Assembly: GCA_002633005.1 (NCBI GenBank)
Contig: NMRA01000001.1
Span: forward strand, 1,087,755-1,151,754
From: Phoronis australis
Taxonomy: Eukaryota; Animalia; Phoronida
Length of the DNA stretch: 64,000 nt
Reading direction: 5' to 3'
The translations under genes were made by a program, and so were the position numbers. Of this stretch, positions 36,501 to 46,815 are shown piece after piece (position 1 is the first letter of the stretch; every line of letters starts with the position of its first letter). A model generated the notes under the pieces. That model saw only the letters and a program-made list of their open reading frames with translations. It was not told the origin of the DNA and searched no databases.

Positions 36501-39381
36501 CAGCTGAGGAAGTATTACCTCCAGTGTCTCAACGAGATCCTGTCTGACCCAAACTGGTGAGTTTATGAGCCCAAGTATTTTGCTGGGCTAGTGCCTAAAT
36601 TCTTGGAAACAAAGTAGGTATAGAGGTTGTCGATTCTGTATGCATGTAATTTTAATGTGGCTAGTTTGTCAAAAATCTCTATTGATGAATTACTGTTGAA
36701 AGTTAAAAATCTGCTGTGAAAGCTATAAACTGATTGTACAATCACCTGTGGCAAGCTTCATTAGTTGTAGTAAGTCCATCCGACGTGGCAGGAATTTGTT
36801 CTGGCTTGTTATGATACAATCAGTTGTGGGCTTCCTAGGAAGACATTCCAAATTCATCTTTTCCAGTCTGGCCTATTCATCACTAAAGTAGATTTCACAC
36901 TAAGGTCGGAGTTATTTCCTTTTGATTTTGGTTTAAGCATCCTTCACTGGGTGGGTTCTTTTTATCGCTGAGGCGCTTTACTTTTTGTTACAAAAATATT
37001 TCGTTTCTACCGTATGGCAAAAACGGCAGATAACAAATAGAACGTATTGAGTTGTACACATATTTTTAGGTTGGACATGCAAAATACAACCAACTTAGGG
37101 CTAACAAAGTTTAGTTGTTTCTGGTCTGTACCCTGACTCATTTTGAAACCAATGCCTCACTACTTAAAGAAAAAGTATCTCTATACAATTTCTGCACCAT
37201 CAAAGCTGGTTTGAGAGGAGGAAAAAGCAAAACACACATCAAGTGTTTTTTACAATTTACAATCTACAGAAATCACCACCACCTCATTTAAAAGGCTGAC
37301 CAGAACCAACTATGCTTTCTTGGCCTCAACTTTAATTTCAATTTAGAGGAGTGTAAACAGTGATGGGAGTGTGCTCATTGCTTAACGCTGCCAGCTTATT
37401 ACACCTGTCCAGTTTACCTGGAGAAACCTGACGTAAAAGTGGCACCACCATGTTTAATTAATTAGTGTGTTATTCAGTTGTCAAAGATTCATTCACCTGC
37501 TAGATAACTACCTCATGCGAAACGTGTGTGGCTCAATTCTATTGTCAAGCATTAGTAGCTTGTCACCTCTTGATAACTTAATGAAGTAGAAAGCTACAAC
37601 AGTGGCTGTATTTCCTCATGGTTGATTTTCTCATGTGTTGCCAAGCAACGGCTTGTTACGCATAATCATGTTGTAAAAGCTTCCCAGCAATTGAATTATT
37701 AATAGTAGGTCATTGTTGATGTCAAAATTTAAAGGGACGTTCTTGGTGAGAAAGGTAATTTTCTGAGATTGCCTTGCGACGTTATTGAACCTGGAACCTT
37801 TACGGTGGCAGTCTGATACTTCTCTGAACGAGCTTAATACTACTTGATAAATGGCAAAGTATTTTAGGCAACGTCTCCGGCCTTGATTTCAGATAACGGC
37901 GAGATTAGTCAATTTGTAAAAAAATCACAAAAGCAACGGGTTTTGTATCAAAGCTAATAACTTCAAGAAGTCTATCTTAACCAACAGTAATCCCAAAAAA
38001 TGATTGTTTGGCCATGAGACTGATAGTGTCCCTTTAATATGTATTTTTATTAGCACATCTGTGACAAACCTGATTGGACGGTCATTGAAATATTACAAAT
38101 TGTCATTTTGTGTACTCCTAAAGCACAACTTGCATTTTCCTGATATTTTCATTATATACAGGGTGACCCAAAACTAAACTCATGAAAATCTTAGTCCGAC
38201 ATGTCTCAGTCTTTGGGAGTTAAGACTTAAACTTCACAATTGTCACACGAGACATGTTATTCCGTTATATGATACAAAACACCGCACACTGCGTGATTGA
38301 GTGAGTAAAATAGAATGATATGAGCATGATATTGTCAGACCAGTGAAATTCTAATAAGTAGCACACACATTGATAAAACCACTCATTTAGCTTTATTTAA
38401 GTTTGAGCTTGTAGAACTAGTCGATCAATAAGCTCAATAAGTTAATATGATATGCTTTTCGTCCATTCTCAATACATTTTAGGGAAATTTTCTCACAAAA
38501 AGTAAAAAATTGACGGTGACAATTTTCATCCGAGACCAAACCAAATTATCGACTGAATAGCAAACGAGGTGCAAGTTCAGTTCTGTGTGTCCATGTGAAG
38601 TAAAACAAACTTATTTAGTTTTAAACTTCGTCATAAATTCATAACACATAGCCCATCTTTTTCCAGCCAAAATAAAGCAGCCCAGATGTCTCGCATGGAG
38701 CAAGCCCTCCACCTGACGGACAACTCTAGACGTGGATCAAACTCGTCAGATGTCAATTCTCTGTTACACACCATGGTTGACAAACCTTTGGACGACTTCA
38801 TCGCGCAATTCACGTCTGGCGTCAATGAAAACGAACGTCCTGTCACGGCAATGAGCAGCGAAGGAGCTGCAGTTTCGAGTGTTTCATGGCGGTGGAATGA
38901 CAGGCTGGCTAAGAGAACGGGAGATGTCCCTACATATAAGTATGTGTCTCTAAAGGAATCTGCAGCTAATCGTGGAACCAGTCTATCAAATATTCACATC
39001 GATCCCTCTGACGTTGGTCTGAGTCGATTACCACAGCAGCCACGACAGTTTAACCCACCTCCAGAAAAACTTTCATCGGTAGAGAGCTCACGTAGTTCAT
39101 CGCCTGTGGAGAGGTGCAACAATTTGTCTTCACTTAAGACCAAAGTTCGGTCAGAGGAATCTCGCCTTAAGTCGTTTCCGGTAAAGAGCGTGGCTGCTGC
39201 CAGTAACAGCAGTGATAACAGTTCAAAAACAAACTCGTTGTCAAGGAGACAACCAATGAAGGCCTTGCCAACAGAAGAAGTACAAAGAATGCTGTCTAAA
39301 GTACCCCAGGATGCTAAGAAACCTGTTTCCGTGGCAACTCAACAAACTCAAATGCCATCTCCTATGATATCCAAGCACTGA
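400..39381 (+). CDS. CEP152: Centrosomal protein 152 kDa (CEP152/asterless)-like, 24 coding exons, ~1830 aa coiled-coil protein
   Basis: Phase-consistent GT-AG exons: 400-504, 20805-20911, 21859-22625, 23167-23322, 23602-23741, 24260-24460, 24737-24976, 25386-25570, 25940-26138, 27264-27401, 27930-28060, 28517-28781, 29352-29489, 30102-30249, 30945-31186, 31730-31849, 32119-32328, 32745-32906, 33192-33329, 33881-34048, 34336-34837, 35578-35748, 36409-36556, 38667-39381 (sum 5496 nt). Motifs recognised from CEP152 orthologues: acidic N-terminus then LRELLTNAFDDL; QLLILYEARGRQLEEL; NRLTRSLEESQRQCRELLESG; QMVSDCDEDK..CQEACLQHHE; VKEMYV; GQYMQTIKKIK..RAAQTVK..LRKYYLQCLNEIL. Confidence 0.88.
3191..4262 (+). 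pseudogene. Decayed THAP-domain Kolobok transposase
   Basis: ATG at 3191: MPHCCCIPGC..*HRFP..W..RVCGMHF..RLKKDAIQSV is the THAP C2CH pattern, with an in-frame TAG at 3257-3259. A Ser-rich linker and a CQVC..C..GH..W zinc motif follow. Frameshift in the T-run near 4058-4065, then DSPGRSAKYTTYTLM..KIIDVEL, after which it is truncated. Confidence 0.85.
4250..4532 (-). pseudogene. Truncated second Kolobok ORF (KolX / P2X7 C-terminal ballast-like Cys-rich domain)
   Basis: ATG at 4532; acidic N-terminus with YMFEP, then R.GDTSWCKCTVCVVMPTSIECLCCSE. This WCxCxxC..M....EC.CC.E pattern is typical of P2RX7-like/nanor zinc-binding domains. The ORF is cut off where it meets the transposase remnant. Confidence 0.8.
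5662..6071. mobile_element. Degenerate PIF/Harbinger-like MITE
   Basis: Repeated CGTTTA(C/G)AC motifs near 5665, 5731, 5901 and 6007, and an inverted terminal copy GTGTAAACGGCAC followed by TAA near 6058-6073. Confidence 0.4.
6777..6881. repeat. Short palindromic interspersed repeat, copy 1
   Basis: TTTTGAGAACCAGTTT...GATTCTCAAAAT stem; related to 16561-16632 and 60559-60656. Confidence 0.65.
7505..7570 (+). mobile_element. tRNA-derived SINE head remnant
   Basis: GGCTAGTAGCTCAGTGGTAAAG contains a Pol III A-box. The B-box is degenerate and no cloverleaf can be folded. Confidence 0.35.
10718..10862. mobile_element. Small degenerate MITE with TA flanks (Tc1/mariner-like)
   Basis: Imperfect ~33-bp inverted repeats: GTAAAGGTATTTACTTTCTCAAGGACTGCGTTC versus the reverse complement of the right end GTAAAATAATTCACTTATTCAGGGACTGTGTTC. 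TA on both sides. Confidence 0.45.
11374..11459. repeat. (TA)n/(TATACA)n microsatellite
   Basis: Directly visible. Confidence 0.95.
11757..11955. mobile_element. hAT-like MITE (~200 bp)
   Basis: CAGGGTTCAAATTTA ... TAAGTTCTAACCCTG imperfect TIR; flanks GTAGG / GTATG. Confidence 0.55.
16561..16632. repeat. Short palindromic interspersed repeat, copy 2 (inverted relative to copy 1)
   Basis: TTTTGAGAACCAGTTT-gatgcccgttcttcagtggaga-AAACTGGTTCTCACAA; the loop is close to the reverse complement of the loop in the 6777-6881 copy. Confidence 0.65.
19377..19698. repeat. Degenerate minisatellite, ~51-bp unit, ~6.5 copies
   Basis: Consensus approximately CTAGTTTTGCCAAACTTCCCTGAATTTTGTGTAGTCAAAGGTTGGCTGTTA, repeated head to tail. 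Confidence 0.85.
19759..19833 (+). CDS. Candidate alternative first coding exon of CEP152 (MANMELDLTDCSLDEVHDIANLLES)
   Basis: Acceptor ctcacag ends at 19717, ATG at 19759, phase-0 consensus donor GTAAGT at 19834, in frame with the exon at 20805. No homology support that I can recognise. Confidence 0.35.
26176..26696 (+). mobile_element. hAT-like MITE, copy 1, 6-bp TSD
   Basis: TIR CAGGGCTTGGAAT...ATTCCAAGCCCTG; flanked by TTTAAT on both sides; highly similar to 63110-63596 in inverted orientation. Confidence 0.9.
37098..37325. mobile_element. Harbinger-like MITE
   Basis: Imperfect ~30-bp TIRs (GGGCTAACAAAGTTTAGTTGTTTCTGGTC / GACCAGAACCAACTATGCTTTCTTGGCC), flanks TTA/TCA; a related left end lies near 52681-52730. 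Confidence 0.5.
37733..38033. mobile_element. Kolobok-type MITE (301 bp)
   Basis: TTAA|AGGGAC ... GTCCCT|TTAA: AG..CT termini with a perfect TTAA duplication. Confidence 0.55.
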
Positions 39382-40512
39382 ACATAAATAGAGGTCTTAT
39401 CATTGCTGGCATGTCATTTCAGCTAACTGAAATCTTTCTAGTCCTTATTCAGGTTCTCCTTGTGAACTTGGGATCTTGCTGTAGAGTATTTAGATGCTCT
39501 GGTGCTAATCTGTGTTTTCTGAGGTAAAAATTTGTTGCATTCCCATCAAGTGTGCCATAAGAAGAAAGTAGAGGACAATTTTAATGCAAAATGTCAACAC
39601 AGTCTTTGGATTTTAGAAGAACTATCTGTGAACAGATTGTAAATGTTTGTGTTTGTGTTTAATATAGGAGTTACTAGCCCACCACAGTAATGGTGAAGTG
39701 ATACAAATTGGACTGTAGATGATAGTATTGACTTGTTTGTGTGCTGTCCTTATTTAAATGTGAATAATTTGTACATGTTTAACTTATTGATTCTGACCAA
39801 TATATATTTCATAAAATAAGCTGTTTTCATTGCTGCTGCAAAAGTCACATGTTGCACCCAGTCTCTGCCCACACACTCCTGTATGCGATGGGTTTGCAAA
39901 GAACTGACAGATAATTGCGCGCAGTTTATTTTCTAGTCGAATCTTGATTAAAGTTTGGTGTTCACGGATTCTTAATAGACCGAGCAGCTCATGACCATGG
40001 TGGCTTATGATAGGGCACGCACGTGATTTCTGATTGCAGGGAGTATTGGGAAGATACCTTGCTTCACTTAACGACACCTGTAGGCAAGTGAATTGTCGAA
40101 TTCCCCCATCGCTTCAATTAAATTGTTTAAACTCATCGTCAATTTTCAAAAAGTAGTCATGACGAATGGATAAAAACATCGTTTCGTTTTCATAAATGGA
40201 AAATCACCGGTTGATAATATAGACATTGTTCAGCGCCCAATTCCATGTACAGTGTTGTTGACAAGTGAATACAAACAATCACGCAAGCCTGTGCATTAAT
40301 TACAGGTTGTGGTATTTGGCAAAATAAAATATTTACAGCAATAACTAGAGAGCCAGTACATGACCATATATTTACGTTAAAGGTCAATCTATGACGTGGG
40401 CTCGCTCCGCCACTGCAAAAAATGTGAGTACTCTCCGCGAGTTCAGTACCGGCATCGCGACATAAATAGAACCTACCTGCCCAGTACTAAGTTGGTTGAG
40501 TACCTCAGCACA

Positions 40513-40620
40513 AAGTACTGTGCCGCACGTGGTACTTTTCTTTTCCAGACTACATATTTTGTACTATAAACTGTGGCAATTCTCTACACGAAAACATTTG
40601 TTCGCTTCTATGGAAGAAAA
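40513..40620 (-). pseudogene. Degenerate duplicate of the 3' end of the C-type lectin exon
   Basis: SIEANKCFRVENCHSL*YKICSLE parallels SIQANKGFQVENCQNLRYRICSLE* at ~41072-41150; DNA similarity is visible (ttccagactacatatt..tttgttcgctt.tatggaag); contains an in-frame stop. Confidence 0.7.
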
Positions 40621-41071
40621 GGGCGCCTGGAGTGTCTTTTTATGTCTGGTAACGAGCTTCGATGCACGTATTTTATTCGATTCCTGCCGCGACACACGGT
40701 TAGTTAACACCTGGCATCCGTGTTCTGGCCATGGGCAATCGTACCTCCCAGGCTTGGCACCCGGTCGAGTTAGGGCTGGGTATCCGGCTGACAGCATTTG
40801 CAAGCATGCAGTCCTGCACATTCTTCAATTTCCTGCCTCTCCAATTCGTGCGTCCCTGCGGATGGGCATGAGCCGTCTTACAACATCTCATTATTTTTTT
40901 ACTTATTTATTTTGTATTCTCTATCTATTCCTTGTAATTCTATTCGTCACAATGAATGATCTTATATCGCCAACCTCCGTCTCCTTTTCATCTCTAGTAA
41001 CGAGCTTGCACTTTTATATTACTCGGGACACTATGTCGATCATAAAAAGTACTCTGCTGCACGTGATCTTT

Positions 41072-44000
41072 CTATTCCAGACTACATATTCTGTACCTCA
41101 AATTTTGACAGTTCTCAACTTGAAAACCTTTGTTCGCTTGTATGGAAGCGCACGAACCGTGGATCGGATCTCCGGCCGTTGCATTGTCCCAGACACTGAA
41201 TATAAACGGATCACCGTTAGTCCATTGCCAAGACAAAATGGAGCTGTTGTAAAACAGACCAATCCAAGACATGATGGTTTCGCCTAAAAAAGAAATTGTT
41301 ATGAAACAGAGACAATACACCAGGAGGGCTTATTGGTTTAAGGCAAGCCCCGGGGGTGACTTTGTTAGAAGATACAATACATCAGGAGGGCTCATTGGTT
41401 TAAGGCAAGCCCGGGGGTGACTTTGTTAGAAGATACAATACATCAGGAGGGCTCATTGGTTTAAGGCAAGCCCCAGGGGTACTTGTTAGAAGATTTTGTT
41501 CAACATGACATGTCTTCTTGCAGTGTTTCAGAGTATGAAGTCATTGGATTGTTTTAAAAATTCATCTCCCAAGAATCTCTACGAAAGATCGATTGATGGA
41601 ATTAACACCGACAAAAAGGTGGTGCATGTTTGGGAATAAAACTCTATTTTCATGAAACTCCCTATAAATGGCCCCCTTTTAGTCATCATAATTTTGCTGT
41701 TGCACCCTACCCGTCAAAAATACAGTCAAGNCCCCCCCCCCCCCCCCACACACACACACATGAACATACACCGCTTCGGGTCTGGAAGGTTCTCTCCTGC
41801 GTAATGACGGGGTGCCGACCACCGCATGTACATTCAAAATCCAGACCAACGTGATATCACACATTAAAACCCTCTATGCGTTACACCATAATTAAAACAT
41901 GACCCATGCGCTTCCCAGCGCCACGGTATGATTTTTGACCTTTAATTAGCCAAGTGTTGTATTGCCAAAATCATTCTTTTCACTGTGCAAATGTAACGTA
42001 AGAAATTCCTCCCGCGGGCTGCGAAATCCGAGATACACGGGAAGAAATCAGCTCGAAATTTAGTAGATGTGGCATCGTCTACGAAACTTCGGTTAAAGTT
42101 GGTCTATTTCAGAGAGCACTATAGATTCAACTTATATTGGCGTTCGGGTACCCGACTTTCTGGTGGCTGCCTCTCTGGCAAACAATTGATATTGATATAA
42201 ACCAGACAGAATTTCCTCAACCATGAAAAATTTCTTAGAGGGTTACTTCAGGGTGGCAAAACTCAGCTAGTGCACTTTACTGTTTGAGGGTTAGTTGAAG
42301 GAATTGTATCTTTAACTTAAACTCTTTAATTGACTCTCACTATTCTGTGCCGGGGTATTTGTAGTTTCTTAGAATATTCTGGAATTTTTCACGCTTTCAA
42401 TCACATCAGAGAACTTTCCAAAATCTACCCAATCATTCTATAAACTTATAATGGGTTCTAGAATGTTCCACTGAGACCATGGTTCTATATTAATTTAATC
42501 ACTAATATACTGGAATCTACTTGGATGTTCTCTAGTATTCTAATGTAATAATTGTCATCATCCTTCTCCTGACCTCATAGGTCACGTCAATCAAGTGCTA
42601 TAACTACTAATAAACGAATAGAACCGTCAAATAAAACTTATACGTGTAGAACTAAACACTGTCGTATTCTACACCTGACACAAAGCTAACAGATTAAGTG
42701 AGAAATGCTATGGACTTTCAATACTTGTAGTTCATCAATTTTAATACAGACGCTTTATGTCAATTAGTCAAAAAAATTTTTAAACAGTTCGACAGTAATT
42801 TCCAAAGGTTCACAAAATATCTTGCAAATCTTAAGAAGGTGAAGAGAGAAGCCATCCAACAAAAGCATTATCACGGTGCAAAAAGGGGGGTGGTGGTATA
42901 ATGAATCACAGACACAATGTCTCTGATCATAACATATCGAATTTGAAATACATTGATCATTTTTGTAAGAACATTACAATAAAATGTTCCGCTTACACTT
43001 AGTTGTCTTGCTCATAATAACACTCGTGTTTTATTGAAACGTGCGGGAGAGAAAAAAATTCACGGAAACAGGCGAACCTTTATTTTTTTCCGTCTGTATG
43101 GGTGCGGTTGATTGGTAACACTTAATCAGGAACTGCAGCGAAATAAATTACTCATCGAAGGTTGAGAGATCGATTCAGTAAATGTTATTACTACGCCACG
43201 ACAACAATTTTTACTCAAACGTGCGATACCGATATCGAAGAAGATTCATCACGGGGGTTTTTCATATCAGTTAACGATATCTTACCTCCTAATTAGCCTG
43301 AGTGTACAACATAATCGTTCTAAATGCATTACTCTTTATTATACTTAGAAGGTCAGTTTGGGGGAATTCGTTCTTCTGCTTAATGACAAAATGCGTTTGC
43401 TTTAAAAAACATACGGGCAGGCAACATTTACTTAATCAAACAACTCGATGAAACATGTTTAATAACATGCACAACGACGAAAAAGAACGATTAATACACG
43501 TCACAAAACGTAAGCTCTAGACAAAAAACAGCCACACCCAACGCAAATTTTAGTAAGTTTCCTATTTTGTGTAATATTAGTTTCTTTCAGTTTGGCATCA
43601 ATTCTTTGTATCTTGTTTCTATATATAGACGTTCTTCAATTATTCATCAAACTGTATCATCAATTACTATAACATTTGCGTGTTATTTACTCAGAACATT
43701 AATTTATATTTGACAGTTACCTTTTACAATAATCTACATCCCAGTTGTTATTCCCAGGGTTTCTGGGTTTGCGTTTATTGTTAACACTGACGGATCTAGG
43801 CTGTCTTAAGGGATGGGGGGAACAACCAAAAGTTTCGAAGGAAAATGTTCCCATATTGCTACTCTTACCATGCGCCTTGAGAGACTTCATGAGTATGTCG
43901 TATCGTTCCTTTGTGCTGGGACATGCCAAACCAGGATGGGCGACGTTGAGACACAGTTTCTGAGCTGCCTCCCATTCTGAACTGTGGGGGGATGATGGGT

Positions 44001-45086
44001 TGACATAGAAGCGAAGACACCAATTGTGGGAATCGCTCTCCCAGCCGACAGGACAGCTAAAGGCTGGAATAATGTAATGCGCATACAACGTGGCCGCTTT
44101 GGATATGGGCGATGTCAGCATTCCGTGCTGCCATTATGGCGTTTTTTGCATGCCCATCTTGCAGAGTCTTAGTTAGTTTTATCTATTACGTCATAATAAA
44201 TGACAATATTCTCAATCCTCCTCTTGTTTTACTCTGCAACATAGCTCGTGGCGTACCCCGGGCAAAATAGATTACGATAAATTAAATTTAACTTGTTAAA
44301 TGCATTTATCGTCATTATTTTGACACTTGTCTCNNNNNNNNNNNNNNNNNNNNNNNNNNNNNNNNNNNNNNNNNNNNNNNNNNNNNNNNNNNNNNNNNNN
44401 NNNNNNNNNNNNNNNNNNNNNNNNNNNNNNNNNNNNNNNNNNNNNNNNNNNNNNNNNNNNNNNNNNNNNNNNNNNNNNNNNNNNNNNNNNNNNNNNNNNN
44501 NNNNNNNNNNNNNNNNNNNNNNNNNNNNNNNNNNNNNNNNNNNNNNNNNNNNNNNNNNNNNNNNNNNNNNNNNNNNNNNNNNNNNNNNNNNNNNNNNNNN
44601 NNNNNNNNNNNNNNNNNNNNNNNNNNNNNNNNNNNNNNNNNNNNNNNNNNNNNNNNNNNNNNNNNNNNNNNNNNNNNNNNNNNNNNNNNNNNNNNNNNNN
44701 NNNNNNNNNNNNNNNNNNNNNNNNNNNNNNNNNNNNNNNNNNNNNNNNNNNNNNNNNNNNNNNNNNNNNNNNNNNNNNNNNNNNNNNNNNNNNNNNNNNN
44801 NNNNNNNNNNNNNNNNNNNNNNNNNNNNNNNNNNNNNNNNNNNNNNNNNNNNNNNNNNNNNNNNNNNNNNNNNNNNNNNNNNNNNNNNNNNNNNNNNNNN
44901 NNNNNNNNNNNNNNNNNNNNNNNNNNNNNNNNNNNNNNNNNNNNNNNNNNNNNNNNNNNNNNNNNNNNNNNNNNNNNNNNNNNNNNNNNNNNNNNNNNNN
45001 NNNNNNNNNNNNNNNNNNNNNNNNNNNNNNNNNNNNNNNNNNNNNNNNNNNNNNNNNNNNNNNNNNNNNNNNNNNNNNNNNNNNNN

Positions 45087-45124
<38 letters not shown>

Positions 45125-46815
45125 GACATCTTCAAACATCGATGACTTTTTATACAGAAGCAAAAACTTGCACACGGCGATCAAACGACAAGTTCGAAAG
45201 CTGGGAATGGTCAATCAATAAGAGAAACAGTGGTCAAACAATCTCGAATCGCTTTTAAGAGCGGTAAGTCGTAGCGAAAAACTAACTCCACGTTTCTTGT
45301 AGTGCTTAGCAACATGCCAAGTTTCAAAAACGCCCGTCTAAGGAGGCCGCGGCGGATCGAGCTAATGGCTCCGCGAAGCACAACCTTGACGAATGGCCGT
45401 CACAGCGCAACCTTGTGTCCGATTTTAACAAAATGCAACACTTATAACTCTTCAGATAGTGACTATCACCCAATGCGAACAAATTTCAAGCCAATCGAAA
45501 CAATAAGGTACGTGTCATCGCCCGCGAATGACGTAGACATAAAGGCGACTGCTCAACCAATTTACTTTTTGATTGATATTATAAAGCACACTACATGGAT
45601 GTATGTTATTACCTGTGAAAGATAGATTGGGTAGAAATATACCGCCAATAATGTAATTGACTGCCTTTCATTGTTTTGCACTAAAGATGCAAATTATAGG
45701 TTACCTGACCAAGAATGTTGTAACCTTGACCGTAAGAAAAGGTGGATGTGAACGGACGATTTTTAACATGTGTAAATTATCCTGGTAATATAAATGAATT
45801 ATAATATAAATGAATTATAATATAAATGAATTTAATACTAATAAAGTAAAAGATCAACGAATATAAAAAGGACGAATTTATTAACAGATAAGTGTACACT
45901 TCTTAGTCTTTTCGCTTTTCAGTATGCTTTTACTCAAAAGTTATCGTCAGCTCCGGCGGTGATAACAAGCCGTTGGCAAGTTATCATGAGTATTACCAAC
46001 TCTACCCCTTCTATTGGCAGTAGACCTTGACATAATCACTGCAAGCCTGCAAACGATCCTTAATTACCTTAAACATCAATATTAATATTCGGATAACGGT
46101 AAGTGGTAGCGAACTTAACTCTTGACATTTATTCAAACACAAAGTTTCAAAAAGATTCACCAAAGGACGTCGGAGCACGAAAAATCGATCATAAAAAGAG
46201 CAGTCGTCTGAGAATCTCGAACAACTTGAGAAAGTTCAGTAGATTCTGAAGCAACTTGAAAAACGAATGACACAGAAATATTAGACTTGTCAGAACGAAG
46301 CAAAAGAAATCCTTGATTGCTTGAAAAACATTCACTGGGTCGTATCTAGGGTGTCGTAAGGGTGGTGGTCAAACAAAAAATTTGGGTTGTCGGTAACTCC
46401 GTCTACGACTCGAACTTCTAGCGGCTGCTAAAAGGCATTCTATTCCACTACCATGAGGACTACAGTTGCACCTACCTGACGTTGTCGTCTGCGATGTCAT
46501 CATGGAACATGGGGCATAGTGACTGAAACCAGCTTGTGTCACCAACGGGTCTCCTGTGGCGTTGTTTAGTTCACAAGTGCCGCCAAAATGCTCCCAATTG
46601 TAGGACAAGCAATTCACGTACTGCGCACATGTAAACGCACATTCGGTACGTGTCTGGGTGCGAACTGCAGCGACTCCTTGTTTTACCAAACGTCTGTTTT
46701 TTAACTCACAAAAACGGTCATACTTATATTTTCCACTCGCATCTCTCTCAGTTGCTACTACTAAATTCAACAACGTGAAAATAGTTATCAGAAATTCTCC
46801 ACGAAATGGTCCCAT
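41072..46815 (-). CDS. Secreted PAN/apple-domain plus C-type lectin-like domain protein
   Basis: Phase-1 exons 46815-46476 (hydrophobic signal peptide; PAN motif ECAFTC..NCLSYNW..TCELN), 44063-43869 (CPVGW..WCLRF..WEAAQKLC..LA) and 41283-41072 (WIGL..WQWTNG..W..C..ENC..IC, stop). Extra exons may be hidden in the gap at 44334-45085. Confidence 0.8.
41309..41494. repeat. Minisatellite, ~61-bp unit, 3 copies
   Basis: GATACAATACATCAGGAGGGCTCATTGGTTTAAGGCAAGCCCGGGGGTGACTTTGTTAGAA repeated, with near-identical units. Confidence 0.92.
44334..45085. other. Assembly gap (N run)
   Basis: Run of N. Single-N joins also occur at 41731, 50381, 53379 and 57486. Confidence 0.99.
45086..45124. repeat. (CAT)n microsatellite abutting the gap
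   Basis: Directly visible. Confidence 0.95.
45786..45832. repeat. 16-bp tandem repeat x3 (TAATATAAATGAATTA)
   Basis: Directly visible. Confidence 0.85.

Noticed and set aside
40496-41287. 263-aa plus-strand ORF
   Set aside because: Antisense to the lectin exon and its duplicate, non-ATG start, no recognisable domain.
41309-41494. CRISPR-like appearance of regular repeats (also 19377-19698)
   Set aside because: Head-to-tail units with no unique spacers, no cas genes and a eukaryotic intronic context.
42360-42673. Possible solo LTR (TGTAG...CTACA, AATAAA, TAGAAT-type repeats)
   Set aside because: No target-site duplication at these ends and no second copy or internal domain; cannot be supported.
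44293-45258. Long ORFs of 270-320 aa with poly-H, poly-D or poly-M ends
   Set aside because: Artefacts of the N gap and the adjacent (CAT)n microsatellite.
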